The translations under genes and the position numbers were made by a program. From Candidatus Poseidoniaceae archaeon (GTDB taxonomy: Archaea; Thermoplasmatota; Poseidoniia; Poseidoniales; Poseidoniaceae), in the NCBI GenBank assembly GCA_949373235.1, contig CASICQ010000006.1:4358-68357 (forward strand): a DNA stretch of 64,000 nt, in the 5' to 3' direction. Below, one piece after another: positions 8,424 to 17,406 of the stretch (positions within the stretch are counted from its first letter, which is position 1; each line of letters begins with the position of its first letter). The notes beneath the pieces are model-generated. The model saw only the letters and a list, made by a program, of their open reading frames with translations, ran no database searches and had not been told where the DNA came from.

Positions 8424-9740
8424 TCAAATCGATTCAATGGAAATACTGAGGTTCTTCACGCGCTGTTCGAATTCCTTTTCGAATGCAATGGGGACGTGTA
8501 TGAGGACGCTGCTTGGGTTGAGTTGTTGGCCCCATGATTCTTTTTCGTTGCCCGTGGTGAAGACATAGGTTCGATCCGGATGCTTCTTCATGATGTCAAC
8601 GACCCTTTCAATTTGATTTTGTTCTGGCCATGGAGAACTTAGCTGGGCCAGCATCAATTTGAATTCAAGTCCAGGATGCTGGGCGGGTTGGGTCCGATAG
8701 GATTGCCGCTCAAGCAAGTTCATTCCTCGTACACTGGCTCCTAGGCTTTTGCAATTTGATTTGAACGATTCGCCGAGTGGCACTCCATCGCAACCAGTCA
8801 CAATTAGGTCGGTTGTTTTGGTGGCTAAAATCGCATCAAACACCTGCTCCCGTTGATGCTCAGACCTGCACAAGCCTTCGTAGATAAGACGAGGAACGGA
8901 CAAATCGATAGGCGATGGTAAAGGTATGGCTGCACCGTTGCAGTGGCATTCCAACACCATTGGTCGGCGTGCGCCGCCTTCTTCATCCAACACCGTTATG
9001 ACTTCCACAGCGAGGGGAGCTTCTTGATTCAACCATGGCTTGCAAACAACTTCCATCACCAACAGCGATGCAACAATAAGGACAAAAGCGAGGCCACCAA
9101 ATTGTGGCAGTGAGGCGTACAGCAACAAGAGCACCAATCCGTAAGTTCTCAACCGCCACCAATCCGCTGTGTGCTTGTTGAGGGCACCAAGTTGCCCTGC
9201 AATGGCCAATGCCAACACGGCAACGCTCACCACCGTTTGCATCCAAATTACGGCAATTGCGATTGAAAGCATCAGCACGGCATCATATCGCGCCACCAAA
9301 CCCATGTCAGTTTGAATGGAATGCCCGAATCCAAATGTTGTTGGAAGAAGCCAAACGAGGGTAAAGGCTGAAGCGGTTAGAGCCACAGCGCACCCACCAA
9401 ACATCCAGCGCAGCATCCAAGTACGCTCGCTGGGCAACAGGCCTTTGTTGCTGAAGGCCCAAGCCTGTTGCATAATCAACGGCGAGACGATAGCAATTGC
9501 GGCTAAAAGGGCGCCAAGCCAACGCACAGCGCTCCATCGGGCAGGATCATAGAGGTTGAGGCAATCGTTATTGCAGGGGTCTATTTTAGTCAGCAACAGA
9601 TCCAACCACGCATCAATTTGTGTGGATACCACGAGCGTCACCACGACTATGGCAGCAAATATGAGCGTGACCCGGCCGGTTAATTCGTCGAGATGGGCCT
9701 GAAGATGTGCCCGTTGATCCCGTTCGAGTTGCAAAGACAT
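8424..9740 (-). CDS. tatC: TatC-like translocase subunit fused to a Cys-rich C-terminal domain
   Basis: HLQAHLDELTGR and SPLIMQQAWAFSNKGLLPSER TatC motifs, ~6 TMs; extra ~180 aa with CHC, LC and TGC motifs. Confidence 0.75.
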   Translation of the reverse strand: MSLQLERDQRAHLQAHLDELTGRVTLIFAAIVVVTLVVSTQIDAWLDLLLTKIDPCNNDCLNLYDPARWSAVRWLGALLAAIAIVSPLIMQQAWAFSNKGLLPSERTWMLRWMFGGCAVALTASAFTLVWLLPTTFGFGHSIQTDMGLVARYDAVLMLSIAIAVIWMQTVVSVAVLALAIAGQLGALNKHTADWWRLRTYGLVLLLLYASLPQFGGLAFVLIVASLLVMEVVCKPWLNQEAPLAVEVITVLDEEGGARRPMVLECHCNGAAIPLPSPIDLSVPRLIYEGLCRSEHQREQVFDAILATKTTDLIVTGCDGVPLGESFKSNCKSLGASVRGMNLLERQSYRTQPAQHPGLEFKLMLAQLSSPWPEQNQIERVVDIMKKHPDRTYVFTTGNEKESWGQQLNPSSVLIHVPIAFEKEFEQRVKNLSISIESI

Positions 9741-9780
9741 GGCGTTCCCTCAACCCTGGATTTGGGGAGAGGGAAGGGAC

Positions 9781-10743
9781 TCAAACAAGATCTTCTGGTT
9801 GAGGTTCAGCGCGCGCCTGGGCGACGGTCCTGTACACACCATACATGGCCCAAAGGGTGCACATTCCAACGGTTAGGCTGAGTTGCCATCCAGAGTCGTT
9901 GTCCATGAGGTAGGCAAACAGAATCAGCAAACCTGCGCTGAGTGCACCTCGGCGAAGGCCTTGTGGAATGGCCAAACTTTTGTCCAAATGTTCAGGTCCA
10001 CCGGCAAAGCGTCGTTGGTAAAACTCACCTTGGATGACTGCAGCCACGAGGAGAATTGAGAAGGTGGCGAAGTAGTAGATGTTTCCTTCATCGAAAAACA
10101 AATCTGCGAGTTCTTCTTGACGCTCAGCCTCTGCGATCTCAGGATCAACATCAGCAACAAACAGGCTGTCGTAATCCCCTACGCTGATGGTTCGGACGGC
10201 CAATTCTTCGGTGCCCTCATTGGTTGTGCTGCCTGGAGGGGATATCGAGAATGAGAGGATGTTCCATGCATCACCCGCATCGAAGTTTCCGTTGCCATTG
10301 ACTGCATTACCGACGAGTTGGAACGGAACAACACCAACGTCTTCAGATGGAGCGGTCCACGTGAAGACCCAGTTGTTGCCCACTGCGCTTTGGGCGATGG
10401 CTCCTGGTTCATCGGGGACAACCGCTGAACCTTCGCCCGGTGCGAGCGAGCCTATGTTGTAATCCCAAATCATGAATCCGCCTTCAGCATTGGAAGCATG
10501 TTGCAAAGATACGGTGAGGGTGTAAGTTTCATCGAGGGTGTACGAACGTGGAACGCCTGAAATCGAAACGACGACTTCGGTGGACGGAACCCCGTCACCG
10601 TGGCATGAACAACCGGATTCAACGACGAGTGAATCGCCGTTTTTCCAAGGTGGTCCGCCTGGCATCCCTAAAGCAGGTGCTGCGAACAGGAGGGCAATCA
10701 AACCAACCAAGAGGAGACGGGTATTGCGAGATAGCATAGACAC
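9781..10743 (-). CDS. Secreted Reeler-like (choice-of-anchor V-like) domain protein with C-terminal TMs
   Basis: Signal peptide, GCSCHG, YTLTVSL, WVFTWTAP and GNAVNGNG..GD motifs; three C-terminal TMs. Confidence 0.7.
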   Translation of the reverse strand: MSMLSRNTRLLLVGLIALLFAAPALGMPGGPPWKNGDSLVVESGCSCHGDGVPSTEVVVSISGVPRSYTLDETYTLTVSLQHASNAEGGFMIWDYNIGSLAPGEGSAVVPDEPGAIAQSAVGNNWVFTWTAPSEDVGVVPFQLVGNAVNGNGNFDAGDAWNILSFSISPPGSTTNEGTEELAVRTISVGDYDSLFVADVDPEIAEAERQEELADLFFDEGNIYYFATFSILLVAAVIQGEFYQRRFAGGPEHLDKSLAIPQGLRRGALSAGLLILFAYLMDNDSGWQLSLTVGMCTLWAMYGVYRTVAQARAEPQPEDLV

Positions 10744-10831
10744 ACCTTGCTGTTGCCACTTGACCCAGCCCTTTGAACGTTACTTTTCAGCAACGAGCCA
10801 AACAACTGGTCATGTGACTTTTTTCGATGGC

Positions 10832-12250
10832 TCAAATTTCCTTAACAGCGGTGTTTAAACCAGCCATCATTGCCTTTCCATCACCGAAAAGCATCATGGT
10901 TTTGTCCATGTAAAACAAGTCGTTGTCAACACCAGCGTATCCAACCGACAATGACCGCTTGATGATCACGACGGTGCGTGCAGCATCGGCATCAATGATT
11001 GGCATGCCTGCCAACGGTCCCTCACCGCTTCGAGCAGCTGGGTTCGTCGTATCGTTAGCGCCGATCACGAGTGCAACATCGCAATCTGGGAATTCACTGT
11101 TGATTTCGTCCATCTCGATGAGTTGTTCATAGGGGACATTTGCTTCTGCGAGAAGGACGTTCATGTGACCTGGCATTCTGCCAGCAACTGGGTGAATTGC
11201 GTACTTAATTTCGGTGTCGAACTTCTCCTTCATCAGGTCTGCAAACTCCTTCACTTGGTGCTGGCATTGAGAGACCGCCATTCCATAGCCTGGAACAATG
11301 ATTACCTTCTGAGCGCCATCAAGCATCATTGCCACTTCGTCGGCGTCGGAGCCAACCTTCGTGCGTGTGAGGGATTGCTTCTCGCCGTCGCCTCCAAAGG
11401 ATTTGAACAACACATCAATCAGCCTTCTGTTCATTGCTTTGCACATGATGAAGGTCAAGATCAGTCCAGATGCACCGACCAAAGAGCCAGCGATAATCAG
11501 CACAGAGTTTCCAATAATGAAACCAGTGAATGCTGCTGCAATTCCGGATAGAGAATTCAACAGAGATACCACAACGGGCATGTCTGCGCCTCCAATTGGA
11601 AGAACGAGGATTATGCCCAGGACACAAGATATACCGATGATAGCCCAAAGGTACTGCTCGTTTGTTGGATCTTCGATGCTGGCAATGATCAGCGCAATGA
11701 CACCTAGGAACAGCAGAATCTTGACTGGATTGAGCCAAGTTGGTCCCCAAGTTGGTGTCTTAATCCATTTTCCAAAGACTTCGATTCCACCTTTTAGTTT
11801 GTACATGGCCAGCATGGAACCGGTCAATGTCATCCAGCCAACGAGCGCCGAGAGTCCGGCTGCCACCATTGTAACGGTAAGTTCGAGTCCTTCTGGAACC
11901 GTGGTTGAGTCAGCGATGAACTTCTGAATTTCAGAAAGCGCAACGAGCGCTGATGCGGCCCCACCAAAACCGTTGAACAGAGCAACCAATTCCGGCATTC
12001 CGGTCATTTCGACCTTCACAGCCATCCAATAACCGATCAGAGAACCAAGGATCAGTCCTGCAATAATGAGTTCCCAATTAGCGTTACCAGCGACTTGCAT
12101 ACTGAGCACGGTGGTGAGCACAGCAACGAGCATACCTGTGGCACCGAGTTGATTTCCAAATGGTGCGGTCTTCGGGTGGCCGAGTTTCTTCAAACCGAAG
12201 ATGAACAGTGCAGCGGATATGAGGTAACCTACAGCAATCCAGTCTTCCAT
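10832..12250 (-). CDS. pntB: NAD(P) transhydrogenase subunit beta
   Basis: MPELVALFNGFGG, GGADMPVV, PGYGMAV, IHPVAGRMPGHMNVLLAEA; GGAGGTG RBS before ATG 12250. Confidence 0.97.
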   Translation of the reverse strand: MEDWIAVGYLISAALFIFGLKKLGHPKTAPFGNQLGATGMLVAVLTTVLSMQVAGNANWELIIAGLILGSLIGYWMAVKVEMTGMPELVALFNGFGGAASALVALSEIQKFIADSTTVPEGLELTVTMVAAGLSALVGWMTLTGSMLAMYKLKGGIEVFGKWIKTPTWGPTWLNPVKILLFLGVIALIIASIEDPTNEQYLWAIIGISCVLGIILVLPIGGADMPVVVSLLNSLSGIAAAFTGFIIGNSVLIIAGSLVGASGLILTFIMCKAMNRRLIDVLFKSFGGDGEKQSLTRTKVGSDADEVAMMLDGAQKVIIVPGYGMAVSQCQHQVKEFADLMKEKFDTEIKYAIHPVAGRMPGHMNVLLAEANVPYEQLIEMDEINSEFPDCDVALVIGANDTTNPAARSGEGPLAGMPIIDADAARTVVIIKRSLSVGYAGVDNDLFYMDKTMMLFGDGKAMMAGLNTAVKEI

Positions 12251-12251
12251 C

Positions 12252-12563
12252 TCAAGCACCTCCTCGCTTTTTACCAGCAATCATATTCAACATACGGTTG
12301 GTGACTGCAAAGCCTCCAACGACGTTGATCATAGCAAGAACGACGGCGACAAATGCCAACAGTCCCGAAAGGGCAGTTTCGCCCCCATCATACGCGACAT
12401 TGGATCCGATGAGAGCGCCAATAATTGAAATTCCGGAAATAGCATTTGCTCCACTCATCAAGGGGGTGTGCAATGTGGCAGGAACCTTTGTGATCAATTC
12501 AAATCCGAGGAAAATAGCGAGGATAAATAGGGTAAGGTTTCCAATTAAAAATTCTGGCGTCAT
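12252..12563 (-). CDS. pntAB: NAD(P) transhydrogenase subunit alpha-2 (membrane part)
   Basis: VPATLHTPLMSGANAISGI; NVVGGFAVTNRML. Confidence 0.95.
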   Translation of the reverse strand: MTPEFLIGNLTLFILAIFLGFELITKVPATLHTPLMSGANAISGISIIGALIGSNVAYDGGETALSGLLAFVAVVLAMINVVGGFAVTNRMLNMIAGKKRGGA

Positions 12564-13723
12564 TCGAGTGCACCTCCAAGGCGAGTTTGCTTCGGATGTA
12601 TGGCTCCATCTTTACAGATGAGGACGCCACCCATGCCGTTCACATAGAAATCGCTGCCTTCAGGAGCTCCGACCAGAATGTCATCCTCTTCAGAAATCAC
12701 GACTTCACCTTCGTGGACAAGTGAAGTCATGAAGGTGGTTAAGTTGTTTGAATAAAGCATGCTCGAGGTTGTAGCGAGGGTTCCGGGTAGGTTGGAAGTT
12801 CCGACGATAATGACACCGTTGTCGGTGATTGTAACTTCGCCTGCTTTGGTGTCTTCACAATTCCCGCCAACGTCAGCATTCATGTCAACAACAACCGCAC
12901 CTGACTTGAAGTTCTTAACAGCGCTTGAAGGCACCGTGATCGGTGCAGGGCGTCCGAAAATACGAGCGGTGGTAACGATGATGTCCGCATCTGCCGCAAC
13001 CCCACAAACAGTGTCGTTGACCTTCTGAATGAATTCAGGTGTGAGTGGTTTTGCGTATCCTGATTCGTCCTCGAAATCGTCCATGCCTTCGACTTCAATG
13101 AAGCGACCACCCACAGATTCGATTTGTTCAGCTGCCGACTTCCGTACATCAGAGGCGTAAACAACGCCACCCAGACGTTTTGCTGTTGCAATTGCTTGCA
13201 AACCTGCAACACCGCTTCCCATGATGACGATCTTTGCTGGGCGTATGGTTCCGGCAGATGTGGTCATCATTGGAATGCCCTTTGGTACGTGCGCAGCTCC
13301 GAGCAGGACCGCTTTGTATCCTGCAAGGTTGTCTTGAGAAGAATTGACGTCCATGGATTGTGCACGAGAAAGACGGCGAGGAATCATGTCCATTGACAGG
13401 AGGGTGATTCCAGTGTCCATGCACGCTTTGACGTGTTCCGGGTTTCTGAATGGATCTGAAACACAGGCTAAGTTGGAACCTTGTTGAATGCCTTCAACAC
13501 CAGGGAATCGGATGCAGACGATGTTTGTGCATGCAAGAGCGTCAGCGCGTGTTCCGACGGTTGCTCCTGCCTTTTCGTAATCAGCATCGTGATAGTTCGC
13601 AGCCTTTCCAGCACCGCTTTCAATAACAACTTCAAAGCCTGCTTTGAGGAGTTTTTTCATGCTCGATGGGACAATTCCAACACGGGTTTCGCCTTCTGGT
13701 TCCATTGGTACGCCGAGTTTCAT
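12560..13723 (-). CDS. pntAA: NAD(P) transhydrogenase subunit alpha-1 (NAD-binding domain I)
   Basis: ETRV, SRAQSMDV, NLAGYKAV, GSGVAGLQAIATAKRLG, GYAK, GGNCE. Confidence 0.95.
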   Translation of the reverse strand: MKLGVPMEPEGETRVGIVPSSMKKLLKAGFEVVIESGAGKAANYHDADYEKAGATVGTRADALACTNIVCIRFPGVEGIQQGSNLACVSDPFRNPEHVKACMDTGITLLSMDMIPRRLSRAQSMDVNSSQDNLAGYKAVLLGAAHVPKGIPMMTTSAGTIRPAKIVIMGSGVAGLQAIATAKRLGGVVYASDVRKSAAEQIESVGGRFIEVEGMDDFEDESGYAKPLTPEFIQKVNDTVCGVAADADIIVTTARIFGRPAPITVPSSAVKNFKSGAVVVDMNADVGGNCEDTKAGEVTITDNGVIIVGTSNLPGTLATTSSMLYSNNLTTFMTSLVHEGEVVISEEDDILVGAPEGSDFYVNGMGGVLICKDGAIHPKQTRLGGALE

Positions 13724-13934
13724 TATGATGCCTCAAGCCCCCGCTCCACGTTGCCGCTGGCTGGGGTTGGTTGAATCCAACGGAAGGGGGTTTTTAGACA
13801 ACTCGCATGACATTGTCGGAATTTGGTGCCACTCTTGTATCATTTCCTCCACCTTGCAGCATTGATTGATTGAAAACTTCACCATGTTCCTTATGGAGGT
13901 CCTTTGTATGGAGGGATTTGCCGAAGTGACCATT

Positions 13935-14873
13935 ATGGGAAATAACCGAAGAAAAATTGCAGTGATTGGAGCCGGAAACGTGGGAGCAACATGCGCCTTT
14001 GTTCTCGCACAAATGAAAATTGCAGACATCGTCTTACTCGATATTTACGAAGGCTTCGCTAAAGGAAAAGCACTCGACATGTCTCAAAATGGACAAGTTC
14101 TCAACTACGACGGCGCCATCACTGGTACTTCCAGTTACGAAGACATCGCTGGATCTGATGTTGTCGTTGTCACCTCGGGATTCCCCCGCCAACCTGGAAT
14201 GACCCGCGAAGACCTCATCGCAAAGAATGCAGGTATTGTCAAGCAGGTCGGTGAAGGCATTCGAGACCACGCTCCCGAGTCAACCATTGTCATGGTCACC
14301 AACCCATTGGATTTGATGACCTACCACATGCAGAAGGTCACCGGATTCCCAGCCAACCGCGTCTGCGGTCAGGCAGGTGTCCTCGACTCAGCCCGCATGA
14401 CGCACTTTGTCGCCCAAGCTGTCGGTTGTGCAGAAGAAGATGTACAAGCCATGGTCCTTGGCGGTCACGGCGACACCATGGTGCCACTCCCTCGTTTCAC
14501 CACCGTTGGTGGCATTGCCATCACACATCTACTGGATGAAGAAACAATTGACGCCATTTGCAAGCGAACAGCATCTGGTGGCGGTGAAATCGTCAAGCTT
14601 CTCGAACGAGGTTCCGCATTCTATGCCCCTGGTTCTGCAGCAGCCATCATGGCCGAAGCCGTCCTCAACGATCGCAAGCGATTGATTCCAGCCTCAGCCC
14701 ACCTCACTGGACAGTACGGCCTTGATGATGTGTACATCGGCGTCCCGGTGATTCTTGGCGCTGGCGGTATTGAACGGATTCTTGAACTTGAATTGTCGGA
14801 AGGAGAATTGGCCTCATTGCAGGGATCAGGCAACTTCTACAAGTCGCAACTTTCTGAACTGCTTGGCTATTGA
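13935..14873 (+). CDS. mdh: Malate dehydrogenase (LDH-like)
   Basis: GAGNVG; PRQPGMTREDL malate-specificity loop; LDSAR; GGHGD. Confidence 0.95.
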   Translation: MGNNRRKIAVIGAGNVGATCAFVLAQMKIADIVLLDIYEGFAKGKALDMSQNGQVLNYDGAITGTSSYEDIAGSDVVVVTSGFPRQPGMTREDLIAKNAGIVKQVGEGIRDHAPESTIVMVTNPLDLMTYHMQKVTGFPANRVCGQAGVLDSARMTHFVAQAVGCAEEDVQAMVLGGHGDTMVPLPRFTTVGGIAITHLLDEETIDAICKRTASGGGEIVKLLERGSAFYAPGSAAAIMAEAVLNDRKRLIPASAHLTGQYGLDDVYIGVPVILGAGGIERILELELSEGELASLQGSGNFYKSQLSELLGY

Positions 14874-14874
14874 T

Positions 14875-15576
14875 TCAGAGCCGTACGATTGCAAGTGACT
14901 TCGACAAGCCCCGGGTTGTAATGTCCTTTTGTGATGCTTGGTTCGTGTCGACGCAGATCAGTTCACGTCCCATCTTTCCTCTTGTGCGCATCCGCGTGAG
15001 CAATTCTTGTCCGATGTAACATCCCTTGGCCGGGTGCACATCATCAGCCAAACCACAGGCAAATGCGTGATGCTTTTCTGAAATTTCAAACCCTTGCCAT
15101 GGAATGACATGATCCACTCTCCATTCATGGAAATCAGATATTGAAGAATCGACTTGCACTTCAGAGTTCTTGGAAGCAACAATGTAGTTGATGTGTGGCA
15201 TGCAGTGTGCCACTGTCGTCCCCTCACTGGAACTGAAGGTGCCCACATCGTCCGATTCGACTCCAAATTGAATAAAGAAATTATTGTTTTCCGTCGCATT
15301 GGATATGGTGACATCTTGTCCTAAGATACGAGGGGAAATATGTGCAAAGAGGGATTTCCAATATGGGCCATGGCTAAACACCGCAACAAAAGCGCCCATG
15401 TGAAAAAGCCCAACTCGATCGATGACCTTTGCTTGTGCAGTGGTGAAGGTGGTGAGGCGGAATTGTCCTTCCTTAAGGTCAAGAACATGATTTGTTGACA
15501 AGCCGTCAATGAAAGATAGAACATCGTTTCCGCGCCAAACGCTCAAATGACCATCGAGGTATGGCGCTGTTGGCAT
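14875..15576 (-). CDS. ygfZ: YgfZ/Iba57-like folate-binding Fe-S maturation protein (short form)
   Basis: KGCYIGQE signature; GNDVLSFIDGLSTN N-terminal motif. Confidence 0.85.
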   Translation of the reverse strand: MPTAPYLDGHLSVWRGNDVLSFIDGLSTNHVLDLKEGQFRLTTFTTAQAKVIDRVGLFHMGAFVAVFSHGPYWKSLFAHISPRILGQDVTISNATENNNFFIQFGVESDDVGTFSSSEGTTVAHCMPHINYIVASKNSEVQVDSSISDFHEWRVDHVIPWQGFEISEKHHAFACGLADDVHPAKGCYIGQELLTRMRTRGKMGRELICVDTNQASQKDITTRGLSKSLAIVRL

Positions 15577-15585
15577 TGTTTTTCC

Positions 15586-15966
15586 TCAAGCAAAGGATTC
15601 GCCGCAGCCGCAGGATGAATCAGCATTGGGGTTGATGATTTTGAATCCACCACCCATTAGGCGATCGACGTAATCAATTTCAATGCCATCAAGAAGGTGG
15701 CTGGAGGCGTTTGGAACAAGGACTTTGAAGCCATTGATTGTGATTTCTTGGCATGATTGATCAGTTTCTTCCACAATTTGAAGGTCGTACATGTAGCCTG
15801 AGCATCCACCAGAAAGCACACCAACAAGCAACGCCATCGAGCGGTCATCGCCAAAAGCATCGGCGAGCATTGTTTGAGCCTTATCTGAAATGGTGAGAGC
15901 GACGTTCACAACTTCTGGTTGCATGACCTGCACAGGCCCAGCCGTTTCACATGTACCGCAGTCCAT
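15586..15966 (-). CDS. iscA: A-type Fe-S carrier (IscA/ErpA/HesB family)
   Basis: GGCSGYMY and NPNA..SCGCGESF. Confidence 0.92.
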   Translation of the reverse strand: MDCGTCETAGPVQVMQPEVVNVALTISDKAQTMLADAFGDDRSMALLVGVLSGGCSGYMYDLQIVEETDQSCQEITINGFKVLVPNASSHLLDGIEIDYVDRLMGGGFKIINPNADSSCGCGESFA

Positions 15967-16002
15967 GGTAGTGCGACGAGGTGGTCGCCTAAGAACTTGC
16001 GC

Positions 16003-17391
16003 TCAGACCACTGATTCGGTCGGGGTACTTTGACACTCAATTTCGAAATGGCAAGTGTCGAGTCCTTCGCTCGTGCAAACGCGTTCTTTCGACATGACCT
16101 TGATGTTGTGCCGCTCCATCACGATGCCTTGTAAAATACCTTCATCGAGGTGACAGAACATTCCACCAACCAACGGTTTACCGCCACATGCTGCACCATT
16201 GTGGACAAGAACAGAGCTTGGAGGCATGCCTTTTGTGACGATTTGGCCCATGCCCATTTGGTTCCATTCATTGCCTAGATGCTTCCAAAATTCCACATCG
16301 CTTTCCACACCGTTCCATTTTCCGGCGAGTTCCTGCCCAATCCGTCTTCCGACGGCACTAAGCACTTCGTTGAGGTCAATTCCAAGACTGGACAAAGCCG
16401 CAGCTTGCGGACTGCCATTGGAGGGAATCGACTCACCTGCTTTGCGCAAAAAGGCATTAGGTGCATCAGAGGAATCCGTTTTTTCTAGGTTCTCTTGCAG
16501 GGAATTTTTGAGCCGTTCATAGTAGGATCCTTCTCCGAGCGTAAGGTTGAGTGGTTCGATGATTGAACCTTCCATGAGTCGTGCACGTGCGGCGCGGTAA
16601 CTTATTGCTGCAGCCCATTGAATATCCATCAATTCAGCATGAGCCTCGATGAAGCCTTTGGATTCAATCAACAAGGCTGTATCGCTTTTTCCCCTTCCAG
16701 TTGGGTTTTCATCGGTGTTGATGAACTGAAGTCCAAGTTCGTCATCCACATAGATTCCTTGAATGGTAAAATGTTCGTGATGACGGATCTCGATGCGCTC
16801 ATCAATCTCATCAAAGAATTTGATAGTTTTCTCATTCAGCGATGATGAAATACGCACCTTTACTCCACGGTTGACAGCATTGATCAGCGCTTCATAGGCG
16901 CCTGACCTTTTCAAGTGAAGGATTCCCCAATTGCCCAGAAGCATCCAGACATTGCTTTCGGCTTCATTCAAGATTGATTGGAGGTTTGCCATGATGGAAT
17001 GACGGTCTTTGAGAACACTGAAATTCGCCTCTGCTTGAGGGGCGTTGTAGGACAACAACGCTGATTGCTTACCTTCTTTCATTGCATCGAGGTGTTCTTG
17101 CATTCTCCTTAGGTCCATTTCCGAACGCTGAATCAACAGGGCAAACACTTCTTCGATGCGAATTCCCTGGAACCTCATCGGCTTGTCGAGCGTCGCTTTA
17201 ACGAGCCCCAATTCTTGCATTTTGCGGAGTGAATTGTATGCGTCCATTCTTGAAATGCCGATTCGCTTTCCAACTTCACTGGCCTTTGAAGGTGGGTGGG
17301 TGGCTAAATCCATTACAATTTGAGCCCGTTTCGCTTCTAAGCCACATTCAACCAAACGGGCAATGATGTCAGAAGTTTCATTTGAGTTCAT
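16003..17391 (-). CDS. TrmB-family transcriptional regulator with C-terminal V4R domain
   Basis: N-terminal TrmB wHTH (ASEVGKRIGISRMDAYNSLRKMQELGLV..KPMRF); PLD-like middle domain; V4R GMGQI..C..CHLDEGILQG..C....C.FEI. Confidence 0.82.
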   Translation of the reverse strand: MNSNETSDIIARLVECGLEAKRAQIVMDLATHPPSKASEVGKRIGISRMDAYNSLRKMQELGLVKATLDKPMRFQGIRIEEVFALLIQRSEMDLRRMQEHLDAMKEGKQSALLSYNAPQAEANFSVLKDRHSIMANLQSILNEAESNVWMLLGNWGILHLKRSGAYEALINAVNRGVKVRISSSLNEKTIKFFDEIDERIEIRHHEHFTIQGIYVDDELGLQFINTDENPTGRGKSDTALLIESKGFIEAHAELMDIQWAAAISYRAARARLMEGSIIEPLNLTLGEGSYYERLKNSLQENLEKTDSSDAPNAFLRKAGESIPSNGSPQAAALSSLGIDLNEVLSAVGRRIGQELAGKWNGVESDVEFWKHLGNEWNQMGMGQIVTKGMPPSSVLVHNGAACGGKPLVGGMFCHLDEGILQGIVMERHNIKVMSKERVCTSEGLDTCHFEIECQSTPTESVV

Positions 17392-17406
17392 ACAATCACT
17401 TCTCGA

